A stretch of DNA of 64,000 nt from Ancylobacter sp. (GCF_965279025.1 NZ_OZ257132.1:1993318-2057317); one strand, 5' to 3'. Positions 45,617 to 56,300 are shown, counted from the stretch's first letter. The notes: generated by a model from the letters alone, not told the origin. A program made the numbers and translations.

Positions 45617-45799
45617 TCACGCCTTCTTCGCCGGCGCCGTCCTAAGTTCATCGAGATAGTCCGCCCACACCTGCATCATGCGCACGCGCTCGTCCCAATA
45701 TTCGGCGGCGTGGGTGTAGGCGCGGCGGATGGCGTTGGCGTCCCGATGCGGTAATCCAGCATCAATGCAGGCGAACAAGGTGGTCGGGCCGGCATGCAA
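45617..45799 (-). pseudogene. C-terminal remnant of a tyrosine (P4-type) integrase
   Basis: 'LPHRDANAIRRAYTHAAEYWDERVRMMQVWADYLDEL' resembles the extreme C-terminus of tRNA-targeting integrases. I found no upstream catalytic domain in any frame. Confidence 0.4.
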
Positions 45800-46227
45800 T
45801 CGACCACCTCGGCAAAGAGCGTAGCGAGCAATCGGCCAAGTGCCCTTCGGGCGAACGGCTCAACGGCTCAGCTGCGGTGCACGCCGAAATGCTCCCCTCC
45901 GAACTGCACTCACCCATGCCACGGGTATCGGCTGCGCAGTCGCCCCAACGGGAGAGCCGTGAGCCGAGAGGCTGCCTCCGCGAGCTTACCTTCGGCGTGC
46001 TGGCCTGCGCTCGAAGGTCACCACGCATGTCCGCTCTGGCTATTTGTCCATTCGGATGGCTTGGCGGGGAATGGGCCGATCGTTGCGGCCGGTCTGCTGG
46101 GTGCTTAACGTGCCGAAGCTGCCACTTCTTGCCGGAAAGCAAAGGGGTCTCAGAGAGTCTTATGGATGACCCATGGCGCTGGCGACTTCAGAAACCTCGC
46201 ATTTAGGTCGGAAGGCAGGAGCTCCCC

Positions 46228-47235
46228 ATGCGCGTTGGACGGTTCACAGCCCTGCTGTTCATTAGCTTCCTGACCGTGGGCGCCGCCTGCGCCCAGACGT
46301 GGGAAGAGGCCGATCCGGCCATGGCGGGCTGGTCCGTAGATCGGCTGGAGGCTGCCCGGCAGCAATCCGCGGCTCTAAAGCCGACTGCGCTGATGATCGT
46401 GCAGGACGGGCGGGTGATCGCCCGCTGGGGCGACACATCCCACAAGGTGAACGTCGCGTCCGTCCGCAAAAGCCTCCTCAGCGCGCTTTACGGCATTGCA
46501 GTCAGTGAGGGACGTATTGACCTGTCGGCGAGCCTTGCCGCGCTCGGCATTGACGACAATCCTCCCCGCCTCACGGACGAAGAGAAGACTGCCACCGTGC
46601 GCGATCTGCTGACGTCGCGGTCGGGCATCTATCACCCCGCTGCCCATGAGACGGCGGACATCAAGCGGAAGCGACCAAAGCGAGGAAGCCACCCACCCGG
46701 GTCGTTCTGGTTTTATAACAACTGGGATTTCAACGCTCTGGGGACAATCTACCGGCAGCAGACCGGCGAGGACATCTTCCAGAGCTTCGAGCGCCGCATT
46801 GCGGCACCCATCGGCATGGAGGATTTCTCGGTCAAGGACGGCCGCTACGCCCTGGAGAGGCTGTCCGAGCACCCTGCCTATCCGTTCCGGCTGAGCGCCC
46901 GCGATGCGGCCCGGTTCGGCCAGTTGTTCCTGAATGATGGGGTGTGGGGCAACGCGCAGGTCGTCCCGGCTTCATGGATCAGGGAATCGACCACGACCTA
47001 TTCCTCGGCGAGGCGGATTCGGCAGGGCTATGGCTATTTGTGGTGGACGCTTCCGGAGGACACATGGGGAGAAAACGCCTTCTACGCGTCGGGCTATGGC
47101 GGCCAGATCATCGCCGTCGTGCCGGCCAAGCGGCTGGTGGTCGTGCAGACCGTTGATCTGAGCCAGAATCCGAAGGGCATCCGGACAAGCGCCTTCATCG
47201 ACCTTTTGAAGGAGATCGCCTCCGCTTCACGGTAA
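46228..47235 (+). CDS. exported serine hydrolase (beta-lactamase / transpeptidase-like family)
   Basis: Signal peptide 'MRVGRFTALLFISFLTVGAACAQ', SxxK motif in 'VASVRKSLLSALYG', and 'ASGYGGQ' near the C-terminus. Confidence 0.75.
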   Translation: MRVGRFTALLFISFLTVGAACAQTWEEADPAMAGWSVDRLEAARQQSAALKPTALMIVQDGRVIARWGDTSHKVNVASVRKSLLSALYGIAVSEGRIDLSASLAALGIDDNPPRLTDEEKTATVRDLLTSRSGIYHPAAHETADIKRKRPKRGSHPPGSFWFYNNWDFNALGTIYRQQTGEDIFQSFERRIAAPIGMEDFSVKDGRYALERLSEHPAYPFRLSARDAARFGQLFLNDGVWGNAQVVPASWIRESTTTYSSARRIRQGYGYLWWTLPEDTWGENAFYASGYGGQIIAVVPAKRLVVVQTVDLSQNPKGIRTSAFIDLLKEIASASR

Positions 47236-47286
47236 GGGGTCGAACCGCAGCGCACGATCGGGCACCCGTAGGACCGGAAGAACGCG

Positions 47287-47421
47287 GCCCACGCGAGAGG
47301 GCGATCAATGGTCGGTCGGGGCGTGCAGCAATTCAAAAATGTGGGGTAAAATGAGGGTGACTGAGCTAATTCAGTCGAAAAACGCTTTATAAATCAATGC
47401 TTTAAGCTAAAAAACTGGCGG
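47287..47421. repeat. right copy of the island-flanking imperfect direct repeat (attR-like), overlapping the tRNA-Ser 3' end
   Basis: See 26261..26377. The core copy at 47401..47421 ends inside the tRNA acceptor 3' strand. Confidence 0.7.
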
Positions 47422-47505
47422 AGGGAGCGGGATTCGAACCCGCGATACGGTTTCCCGTATACACACTTTCCAGGCGTGCGCCTTCAACCACTCGGCCACC
47501 CCTCC
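47416..47505 (-). tRNA. tRNA-Ser (anticodon GGA), 90 nt with a long variable arm and encoded CCA
   Basis: Folded by hand: acceptor GGAGGGG/TCCCTCC, anticodon stem CACGC/GTGTG with loop CT-GGA-AA, variable arm TATACGGGAAACCGTATC, T-arm GCGGG-TTCGAAT-CCCGC, then a discriminator G and CCA. Confidence 0.9.
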
Positions 47506-47680
47506 GTCGCCCGGCCGTGGAGGCCGGAACCTTCGACCGGGGCGGGGCCAGCCCGCCGAACCGTCGAAGAGGCGCGGAATATAGCGAAGCGCGCCACTCT
47601 GGCAAGCCATCCGCGCCGATCCGTTCGAGCAATCGCGCGAGGCTGGGGAAAAGGCGGGCCGGTGCGGGCCTGTGCGCCGG

Positions 47681-48049
47681 TCAGTTCAGCGGCGCGCCGG
47701 TCGAGGTGATGGCGCAGGTCGCGGCGTCGGCCCGCGGGCCCATCAGGTTCACCCGGTCCTGGCCGGTCGCGCCGGCGACGATGTTGTAGATCGTGGTGCC
47801 GGCCGAGCCCGCCGGCTTTCCCCTCGCGGTGAACGCGCAGGAGACGCCCACCGAGCCTACCGTGGCGGCGGTGTTGTTGGCCACCGTTACCCCCATTACC
47901 GTCCCGACCTCATTGGTGAAGAGGTCGCCATGGCTGAGGACGAGGCCGGGGAATGTCGGGTCGGCCTGCTGCGCGCCGGCGGGGAGGGCGGTCCCCGTCA
48001 GCAACAGCGCGGCGAGGACGGGGAGAGATGATTTCCGGCTGTACGACAT
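47681..48049 (-). CDS. small exported hypothetical protein
   Basis: Signal peptide 'SSLPVLAALLLTGTALPAGAQQ' followed by a Gly/Thr/Val-rich beta-like body of 122 aa. Confidence 0.5.
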   Translation of the reverse strand: MSYSRKSSLPVLAALLLTGTALPAGAQQADPTFPGLVLSHGDLFTNEVGTVMGVTVANNTAATVGSVGVSCAFTARGKPAGSAGTTIYNIVAGATGQDRVNLMGPRADAATCAITSTGAPLN

Positions 48050-48536
48050 GAGCTCCCCGCGATCCGCTGCAGCGTCCGGGCCGTAGACCAGGCACGGGCC
48101 GCGCCGGCGCAGCCTAGTCGATGCGCGGTAAAAGTCGAGACAGCGGTTGGCGCGCGCGCCAGCCGAAAGGGCAGGGAAGGGGGACGGAAGGGGCTGGCGA
48201 GGGGGGACGGTTGGCAGGGCCCGCGCCAGTCATCGCAAGTCTTGCCCGCCCCCGTGCCGGGCTGGTGCGGCCGATGGGCTACCCCGGTGTCCTGGTGCCT
48301 TAATAGTGTGGCGCCGGGTGAACTATATCCACTGTCCCGCCGGCCCCCTGGGCCGGTTGCTCGGGGATTCGCGGTGTTTACCGGCGCATGGAAAGCGCAA
48401 GATCACGAGGGTATATTTCGCAGTATTCTGTTTCTGGAACATTTCTTTTTATTGAATACGAGAAGTCTCGCGCAACTAGACAAGGGGGCGCCCGGCGGTA
48501 TAGTCCGGTGCGGAAGTGTCGCCACGGGAGAGTGGA

Positions 48537-49838
48537 ATGGGTCCCAGCGTGTATCAGGCCGGTCGGCGTCGTGTTGCAGCCGGCTTGCTGGGTGTCGGGA
48601 TGGCCTCCCTGCTGCTCGCGGCATGTTCGGAAGAGAACAAATATGTTGCTCCCCCGCCGCCGCAGGTCACGGTCGCCACGCCCGTGCAGCAGGAGGTGAC
48701 GCGCTACCTCACGTTCACCGGCAACACGGCCTCCATCAATTCGGTCGATCTGGTCGCCCGCGTCGAGGGCTTCCTGATGTCGATCGACTACAAGGACGGC
48801 GCGGTGATGAAGAAGGGCGACCGGCTCTTCCTCATCCAGCAGAACACCTACCAGGCCAATCTCGACCAGGCGAAGGCGCAGCTCGCCTCCGCCCAGGCGC
48901 AGCTCACCAACAGCCAAGCGGAATATCAGCGCCAGTCGACGCTCGGCCAGCAGGATTTCTCCTCGCAGGCAACCGTGGACAAGGCGCGCGCCGCGCGGGA
49001 CGAAGCCGCCGCCTCGGTGGATGTCGCCAAGGCCAATATCGAGGTCGCCACCATCAATCTCGGCTACACCACGGTGCTGGCGCCGTTCGACGGCATCGTC
49101 ACCCGCCACCTTGCCGATGTCGGCCAGCTTGTCGGGCACACCGAGCCGACCAAGCTCGCCACCATCGTGCAGATGAACCCGATCTACGCCTATTTCAACA
49201 TCAGCGAAAATCAGGTCCTGCGCATCAAGGACGCGCTGGCGGCGCAGGGCCGGACCATCGAGGAGGTCAAGCAGATCGAGATCGATCTCGGCCTGCAGAA
49301 TGAGGGCGATGACTATCCCCACAAGGGCCGGCTCGATTATGTGGCGCCGGAGGTCGATCCCGCGACCGGCACGCTGCTGGTGCGCGGCGTGTTCGACAAT
49401 CCCACGCTGCAGCTGCTGCCCGGCCTGTTCGTGCGGGTGCGCATTCCCGCCCAGAAAATCCCGAACGCCTTCCTGGTCGCCGATACGGCGATCGGCACGG
49501 CGCAGCAGGGCAAATATGTGCTGGTCGTCAACGCGGACGACGTGGTCGAGCAGAAGATCGTCACCGTCGGCCAGCAGATGGGGGCCTACCGGGTGATCGA
49601 AACCGGCCTGGCGGCCGGGGACCGCGTCGTCGTCGGCGGCATCCAGCGGGCGACGCCGGGCTCCAAGGTCGCCCCCATCGTGGGCAATGCGGATGGCAGC
49701 ACGGGGGCGCCGCCGGCCGCCGCGGGCACCGACGCAGCCAAGACCGACGCAGCCAAGACCGACGCAGCCAAGACCGACACGACAAAGACCGACGCGGCGA
49801 AAACCGATACGGCACCTGCGGCCAAGCCGGCGAACTGA
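48537..49838 (+). CDS. RND efflux periplasmic adaptor (membrane fusion) lipoprotein
   Basis: Lipobox 'LLLAAC'. 'TGNTASINSVDLVARVEGFL', coiled-coil 'QANLDQAKAQLASAQAQLTNSQAEYQR' and 'YTTVLAPFDGIV'. Start at ATG 48537, preceded by GGGAGAG. Confidence 0.85.
   Translation: MGPSVYQAGRRRVAAGLLGVGMASLLLAACSEENKYVAPPPPQVTVATPVQQEVTRYLTFTGNTASINSVDLVARVEGFLMSIDYKDGAVMKKGDRLFLIQQNTYQANLDQAKAQLASAQAQLTNSQAEYQRQSTLGQQDFSSQATVDKARAARDEAAASVDVAKANIEVATINLGYTTVLAPFDGIVTRHLADVGQLVGHTEPTKLATIVQMNPIYAYFNISENQVLRIKDALAAQGRTIEEVKQIEIDLGLQNEGDDYPHKGRLDYVAPEVDPATGTLLVRGVFDNPTLQLLPGLFVRVRIPAQKIPNAFLVADTAIGTAQQGKYVLVVNADDVVEQKIVTVGQQMGAYRVIETGLAAGDRVVVGGIQRATPGSKVAPIVGNADGSTGAPPAAAGTDAAKTDAAKTDAAKTDTTKTDAAKTDTAPAAKPAN
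49728..49817 (+). repeat. six tandem 15-bp units (ACCGACGCAGCCAAG and variants) encoding (TDAAK)n at the adaptor C-terminus
   Basis: Three perfect units at 49728..49772 are followed by three degenerate units. The translation is 'TDAAKTDAAKTDAAKTDTTKTDAAKTDTAP'. Confidence 0.85.
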
Positions 49839-49942
49839 GCGCCCGGCGGCGGACCGCCGGCGCACCCCATGACGACGTACCGAATGCCGGCCAAAGACTT
49901 TGCGACTTCCGCCCCGGCCCGCCCGAACCGAAGGCCCGTGAC

Positions 49943-52900
49943 ATGATTTCCCGCTTCTTCATCGAACGGCCGGTTCTCGCCAACGTCCTCGCGCTGGTTT
50001 TCGTGCTGATCGGCGCCATCGCGCTCTACACCCTGCCGGTGTCGCAATATCCCAATGTGGTGCCGCCCACCGTCCAGGTGACGACGCTCTACCCCGGCGC
50101 CAGCGCCCGTACGCTGGTCGACACGGTGGCGCTGCCGATCGAGCAGCAGGTCAACGGCGTCGAGGGCATGCTCTACATGCAGTCGACCAGCGCCAGCGAC
50201 GGCTCCTACACGCTGACCGTGACCTTCGCCATCGGCACCGACCCGGACATGGCGCAGGTGCTGGTGCAGAACCGGGTAGCCATCGCGCTCGCCTCGCTGC
50301 CGCAGGCGGTGCAGGTGCAGGGCGTCACCACGCAGAAGAAGTCCACCGCCATCCTGCAATTCGTGGCGCTGTATTCGCCGGATGGGCGCTATGACAGCCT
50401 GTTCCTCGCCAATTACGGCGTCATCAGCCTGCAGGACGAGATTGCCCGCCTCAACGGCGTCGGCAACGTCAATATTTTCGGCGCCGGCCAGTACGCGATG
50501 CGGGTCTGGCTCAACCCGGACGAGTTGCAGGCGCGCCAGCTGACGCCGCAGGACGTCGTCAGCGCCATCCAGCAGCAGAGCCAGGAAGTGGCGTCCGGCG
50601 TGGTCGGCATGCCGCCGGTGCCGAAGGGGCAGAACTTCCAGTTCACCCTGCTGATGGACGGCCGGCTCAACGATGCCGCCGACTATGAGAACATCATCGT
50701 CAAGGTCTCGAACGCCGATGGCGGCCGCATCACCCGCCTGCGCGATGTGGCGCGGGTCGAGCTCGGCGCGCAGACCTACAGCCAGACCTTCACCTTCAAC
50801 GGCAAGGCCTCGGCCTCGCTCGGCATCTACCAGCTTCCCGACGCCAATTCGCTGCAGGTGGCGACGGAAGTGCGGGCCAAGATGGAGCAGCTCGCCAAGA
50901 GCTTCCCGCCCGGCCTCGCCTATTCCATCCCCTTCGACACCACGGTGTTCGTCAACGCCTCGGTGTCGGAGGTCTACAAGACGCTGTTCGAGGCCGGCAT
51001 CCTCGTGCTCATCGTCATCCTGGTGTTCCTGCAGGACTGGCGCGCCATGCTGGTGCCGGCGACGACGGTGCCGGTCACCATCATCGGCACCTTCGCGGCG
51101 ATGGCGGCGATGGGCTTCACGGTCAATCTGTCGACCTTGTTCGCCATCGTGCTGGCCATCGGCATCGTGGTCGACGACGCCATCGTCATCGTCGAAGGCG
51201 TCGCGCGCCACATCGAGCGCGGCCTGTCGGGCCGCGAGGCGGCCGAGAAGGCGATGGACGAACTGCTCGGGCCGATCATCGGCATCACGCTGGTGCTGAT
51301 GGCGGTGTTCCTGCCGGCGGCATTCATGCCCGGCCTCACCGGCCAGATGTACAAGCAGTTCGCGCTGGTCATCGCCGCCACCGCCTTCATCTCAGCGATC
51401 AACGCCCTGACGCTGAAGCCGACGCAGTGCGCGCTGTGGCTGCGCAAGCCGGTGCCGGAGGATCAGCGCAACTTCTTCTATCGCGGCTTCAACAAGGTCT
51501 ATAACCGGGCCGAGCACTGGTATGCCGGGCTCATCCACCACATGGTCAAGGCGAGCGCTGTCGTCGTCACCATCGGCCTGGTGCTGATCGGCCTTGCCAT
51601 ATGGGGCCTCACCCGGGTGCCCACGGGCTTCCTGCCGACCGAGGACCAGGGCTATGTGCTCATCGGCGCGCAGCTGCCCGACGCCGCCTCGCTCCAGCGC
51701 ACCAACGAGGTGATGGCGCAGATCTCCGCTATTGCCCAGAAGACGCCGGGCGTGAAGGACGTCATCGCCATTTCCGGCGTCTCGGTGCTCGACAACAACG
51801 CCACCCTGCCCAATGCCGGCGTCGCCTATGTCATGCTCAATTCCTGGGACGAGCGCGACAAGGCCGGGCAGGGGCTGCTCTGGATCTATCAGACGCTGAG
51901 CAAGGAGCTGCAGCAGGTCGAGGGTGCGGTGCCCTTCGTGCTGGTGCCGCCGGCGATCCAGGGCGTGGGCAATGCCTCGGGCTTCACCATGATGGTGCAG
52001 CAGAGGGACGGCAGCTTCGACTTCCCCGAGCTGCAGGGGGTGACGCAGCAGATCGTCGCCAACGCCTCGACCCAGACGGCGCTGCAGCGCCTGTCCACCT
52101 CGTTCCGCGCCAACGTTCCCCAGCTGCTTTTGAAGATCGACCGCATCAAGGCCGAAACGCTGGGCGTGACGGTCGGCCAGGTGTTCTCGACCGTGCAGGG
52201 CTATGTCGGGTCGAGCTACGTCACCCAGTTCAACCAGTTCGGCCAGACCTTCCAAGCCTATATCCAGTCCGAGCCGGATTACCGCCGCACCCCGGAGGAA
52301 ATCCTCAACCTGAAGATCCGTACCCCGGACGGCACCATGGTGCCGCTCGGCACGCTGGCGCAGGTGGAGCAGGCCTTCGGGCCCTCGCTGATCACGCTGT
52401 ACAACCTCTACCCGGCCTCGACCATCCTCGGCGGGCCGGCGCAGGGCTTCTCCTCCGGCCAGGCGCTCGACATCATGGACCAGATCGCCGATTCCACCCT
52501 TCCGGGCGGCATGGGCTTCGAGTGGAGCGCCATGTCCTATCAGGAGGTGGTGGTCGGCAACGAGGTGTACTTCGTCTTCGGCCTCGCCATCCTGCTGGTC
52601 TATTTCGTGCTGGCGGGCCAGTATGAAAGCTGGATCCTGCCCTTCGCGGTCCTGCTGGCGGTCCCACTGGCCTTGCTCGGCACAGTGGGAGCCCTTACGG
52701 GGCTGGGCATTTCCAACAACCTCTATACGCAGATCGGCCTGATCCTCCTCATCGCCCTCTCCGCCAAGAACGCCATTCTGATCGTGGAGTTCGCGCGCGA
52801 GAAACGCGCCGAGGGCATGGACATCGTCGAGGCCGCCACCGAAGCCGCGAGGCTGCGATTCCGGCCGATCCTGATGACCTCCTTCGCCTTCATCCTCGGC

Positions 52901-53119
52901 GTCCTGCCGCTGGTGCTGGCCACCGGCGCCGGCGCCGCCTCGCGCAAGTCGATCGGCATCGCGGTGTTCAGCGGCATGCTGGCGTCGACCTGCCTCGCCG
53001 TGCTGTTCGTGCCGTCCTTCTACACGGTGCTGCAGCGCTTCGAGGAATGGCGCTCGCGCGGCAAGGCGCCGGCGGGCACCGGCTCGCCGGTCGATGGGGC
53101 GCCGCATTCGGCGGCGTGA
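49943..53119 (+). CDS. RND-family (AcrB/HAE1-like) efflux permease
   Basis: 1058 aa. It begins 'MISRFFIERPVLANVLALVFVLIGAIAL' and has the typical 12-TM layout with two large periplasmic loops. Confidence 0.9.
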   Translation: MISRFFIERPVLANVLALVFVLIGAIALYTLPVSQYPNVVPPTVQVTTLYPGASARTLVDTVALPIEQQVNGVEGMLYMQSTSASDGSYTLTVTFAIGTDPDMAQVLVQNRVAIALASLPQAVQVQGVTTQKKSTAILQFVALYSPDGRYDSLFLANYGVISLQDEIARLNGVGNVNIFGAGQYAMRVWLNPDELQARQLTPQDVVSAIQQQSQEVASGVVGMPPVPKGQNFQFTLLMDGRLNDAADYENIIVKVSNADGGRITRLRDVARVELGAQTYSQTFTFNGKASASLGIYQLPDANSLQVATEVRAKMEQLAKSFPPGLAYSIPFDTTVFVNASVSEVYKTLFEAGILVLIVILVFLQDWRAMLVPATTVPVTIIGTFAAMAAMGFTVNLSTLFAIVLAIGIVVDDAIVIVEGVARHIERGLSGREAAEKAMDELLGPIIGITLVLMAVFLPAAFMPGLTGQMYKQFALVIAATAFISAINALTLKPTQCALWLRKPVPEDQRNFFYRGFNKVYNRAEHWYAGLIHHMVKASAVVVTIGLVLIGLAIWGLTRVPTGFLPTEDQGYVLIGAQLPDAASLQRTNEVMAQISAIAQKTPGVKDVIAISGVSVLDNNATLPNAGVAYVMLNSWDERDKAGQGLLWIYQTLSKELQQVEGAVPFVLVPPAIQGVGNASGFTMMVQQRDGSFDFPELQGVTQQIVANASTQTALQRLSTSFRANVPQLLLKIDRIKAETLGVTVGQVFSTVQGYVGSSYVTQFNQFGQTFQAYIQSEPDYRRTPEEILNLKIRTPDGTMVPLGTLAQVEQAFGPSLITLYNLYPASTILGGPAQGFSSGQALDIMDQIADSTLPGGMGFEWSAMSYQEVVVGNEVYFVFGLAILLVYFVLAGQYESWILPFAVLLAVPLALLGTVGALTGLGISNNLYTQIGLILLIALSAKNAILIVEFAREKRAEGMDIVEAATEAARLRFRPILMTSFAFILGVLPLVLATGAGAASRKSIGIAVFSGMLASTCLAVLFVPSFYTVLQRFEEWRSRGKAPAGTGSPVDGAPHSAA

Positions 53120-53366
53120 GCGGGCGCGAGGCGGCAGGGTCGCGCCCGCCCGGCCTTGTGCGCGCCCAGCCTTGCGTGCGCTATCGCCTCAAATCGCGGC
53201 ACTGTGCTGACGCTTCGCTGGGCGCCTCGTGTGGCGGGCCGGGCGAGGCGGGCGCGCGACGCCCCATTGCCCTGCGGCACGATTCCTGCGTTCATCCCCG
53301 TGGTTCCGCCCCGCCTGCGCGCCTCCCGGCGCGCGTGCCGTGCTCTTCCCTGGTTAGTTGGTGCCT

Positions 53367-56300
53367 ATGACAATCTTCGCGAGCTTGCATCACGTCACGG
53401 CCTACAGCTATGACCGCCCGGTCTCGCTGGGCCCCCAGATCATCAGGCTGCGGCCCGCGCCCCATTGCCGAACCCCGGTGAAGAGCTATTCGCTCAAGGT
53501 CACGCCTTCGAACCATTTCGTGAACTGGCAGCAGGACCCGTTCGGCAACTGGATGGCCCGTTTCGTCTTCCCGGAGAAGGCGACCGAGTTCCGCGTCGAA
53601 GTCGACCTCATCGCCGATATGACGGTCTACAACCCGTTCGATTTTTTCATCGAGGAATATGCCGAGAAGCTGCCCTTCGCCTATCCCACCGGTCTCGCCA
53701 AGGAACTGATCCCTTATCTGGAGCTGGAGGAGGGCGGCCCGCTGCTCGACGGCTTCGTCGAGACCATCCGCCCGCCTGCCGGCGCGCCCACCGTCGACTA
53801 TCTGGTCGAGCTGAACCAGAAGGTGCAGCAGCGCGTGGGCTACCTCATCCGCCTGGAACCGGGCGTGCAGACGCCGGACGAGACGCTGTCGCTGGCCTGC
53901 GGCTCCTGCCGCGATTCCGGCTGGCTGCTGGTGCAGGTGCTGCGCCGGCTCGGCCTCGCGGCCCGCTTCGTCTCCGGCTATCTCATCCAGCTCAAGCCGG
54001 ACGTGAAGGCGCTGGACGGCCCGACCGGCACCGAGGTCGACTTCACCGACCTGCACGCCTGGTGCGAGGTCTATCTGCCCGGCGCCGGCTGGATCGGGCT
54101 CGATCCCACCTCCGGCCTGCTGTGCGGCGAGAGCCATTTGCCGCTCTGCGCCACGCCGAACCCGGTCTCGGCGGCGCCTATCACCGGTGGCTTCGTGGCC
54201 GAGGAAGGGACCAAGACCGACTTCGAATTCGAGATGAAGGTCACCCGCGTCGCCGAGAAGCCGCGTGTCACGCTGCCCTTCTCGGATGAGGCGTGGGCGG
54301 CGCTCGATGCGCTCGGCGACAAGGTGGACGCGGACCTCGCGGCGCAGGATGTGCGCCTGACCATGGGCGGCGAGCCCACCTTCATCTCGATCGACGACTA
54401 CCAGGGCGCGGAATGGAATACCTCGGCGGTGGGGCCAACCAAGCGCGCCCGGGCGGATGACCTCATCCGCCGGCTGCGCAAGCGGTTCGCCCCCGGCGGC
54501 ATGCTGCATTATGGCCAGGGCAAGTGGTATCCCGGCGAAAGCCTGCCGCGCTGGACCTTCTCGCTCTACTGGCGCAAGGACGGCAAGCCGATCTGGCGCG
54601 ACCCCGCCTTGATCGCCACCGAGGCCGCCTCCACCGCCTCCATCACGCAGGCGCAGACCTTCATCGAGGCGCTGGCCGACAGCCTCGGCGTCGGTGCCGG
54701 CTATGCCGAGCCGGCCTATGAGGACCCCGCGCACTGGATCGTCAAGGAAGGCGATCTGCCGGACAATGTCGACCCGTTCGACACCAAGCTGGAGGATGCC
54801 GAGACGCGCGCGCGCTTCGCCCGCGTCTTCGAGCGCGGTCTCGGCAAGCCCAGCGGCTATGTGCTGCCGATCCAGCGCTGGCAGGCCCGCGCCGCCCGCG
54901 GCTGGGTCAGCGAGAAGTGGCGGTTCCGGCGCGGCCGCATGTTCCTTGTGCCGGGCGATTCGCCGGCCGGCTTCCGGCTGCCGCTGGCGAGCCTGCCCTG
55001 GGTGCCGCCGGCGGCCTATCCCTACGTCAATCCCGCCGACCCCATGACCATCTCCGGCGACCTGCCGGATGCCGAGACCCTGCACCAGCGCTACCGCCGC
55101 AGCGCGAGCGAGGAGCCGCACCAGGAGCAGGTCGACCAGGTGCTCACCGGCACCGGCTCGGTGCGCACCGCGCTCACCGTCGAGCCGCGCGACGGTCGCC
55201 TGTGCGTGTTCATGCCGCCGACCGAGCGGCTGGAGGACTATCTGGAGCTGCTCGCCGCCATCGAGGTGACGGCCGAGGAACTCAAGCTGCCCGTGCATAT
55301 CGAGGGCTACACGCCGCCGGTCGATCCGCGTCTCAACGTCATTCGTGTCGCCCCCGATCCGGGCGTCATCGAGGTGAACGTCCATCCCGCCGCCAATTGG
55401 AAGACCTGCGTCGAGATCACCCGCGATCTCTACGAGGAAGCCCGCCTCTCGCGCCTCGGCACCGAGAAGTTCATGGTGGACGGGCGGCACACCGGCACGG
55501 GCGGCGGCAACCATGTGGTTGTGGGCGGCGCCATGCCGGCCGACAGTCCGTTCCTGCGCCGGCCGGACCTGCTCAAGAGCCTCATCACCTTCTGGCAGCG
55601 CCACCCCTCGCTGTCCTACCTGTTCTCCGGCCTGTTCATCGGCCCGACGAGCCAGGCGCCGCGCGTCGACGAGGCGCGCCATGACAGCCTCTACGAACTT
55701 GAGATCGCCATGGCGCATGTGCCGACGCCCGGCAAGGGCATGGCGCCGCCGCCCTGGCTGGTCGACCGGCTGTTCCGCAACCTGCTGACCGATGTCACCG
55801 GCAACACCCACCGCTCCGAGATCTGCATCGACAAGCTGTTCTCGCCGGATGGGCCGACCGGGCGGCTCGGCCTCGTCGAGTTCCGCTCCTTCGAAATGCC
55901 GCCGGACTGGCGCATGTCGCTCGCCCAGCAATTGCTGCTGCGCGCGCTCATCGCCTGGTTCTGGCGCGAGCCGCAGGAGGGCCCGCTGTCGCGCTGGGGC
56001 ACGGCGCTGGGCGACCGCTTCATGCTGCCGCATTTCGTCTGGGCCGATTTCAGGGACGTGCTGAACGATCTCGGCCGGGCGGGCTACCATGTCGATCCCC
56101 TGTGGTTCGAGGCGCAGCGCGAATTCCGCTTCCCCTATTTCGGGCAGGTCGAGCATGGCGGCGTGACGCTGGAACTGCGTCAGGCGCTGGAGCCCTGGAA
56201 TGTGCTCGGCGAGGAAGGCGCGGCCGGCGGCACGGTGCGTTTCGTCGATTCCTCGGTGGAGCGCCTGCAGGTGCGGGTCGACGGCCTCAATCCCGCCCGC

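Larger units (their letters stand above)
26378..47415. mobile_element. mosaic, degraded tRNA-Ser-associated genomic island (defence islet, mobilisation remnants, IS, RHS toxin and metabolic cargo)
   Basis: Bracketed by the direct repeats above and abutting the tRNA 3' end. Composition shifts sharply, and the island holds a relaxase fragment, an integrase C-terminal fragment and an IS3-family element. Confidence 0.55.

Noticed and set aside
48425-48450. A TGGAAC-N5-TTTTT element upstream of the RND operon, considered as a sigma-54 promoter.
   Set aside because: It has the -24 GG but lacks the -12 GC dinucleotide, and no enhancer-binding protein gene is nearby.
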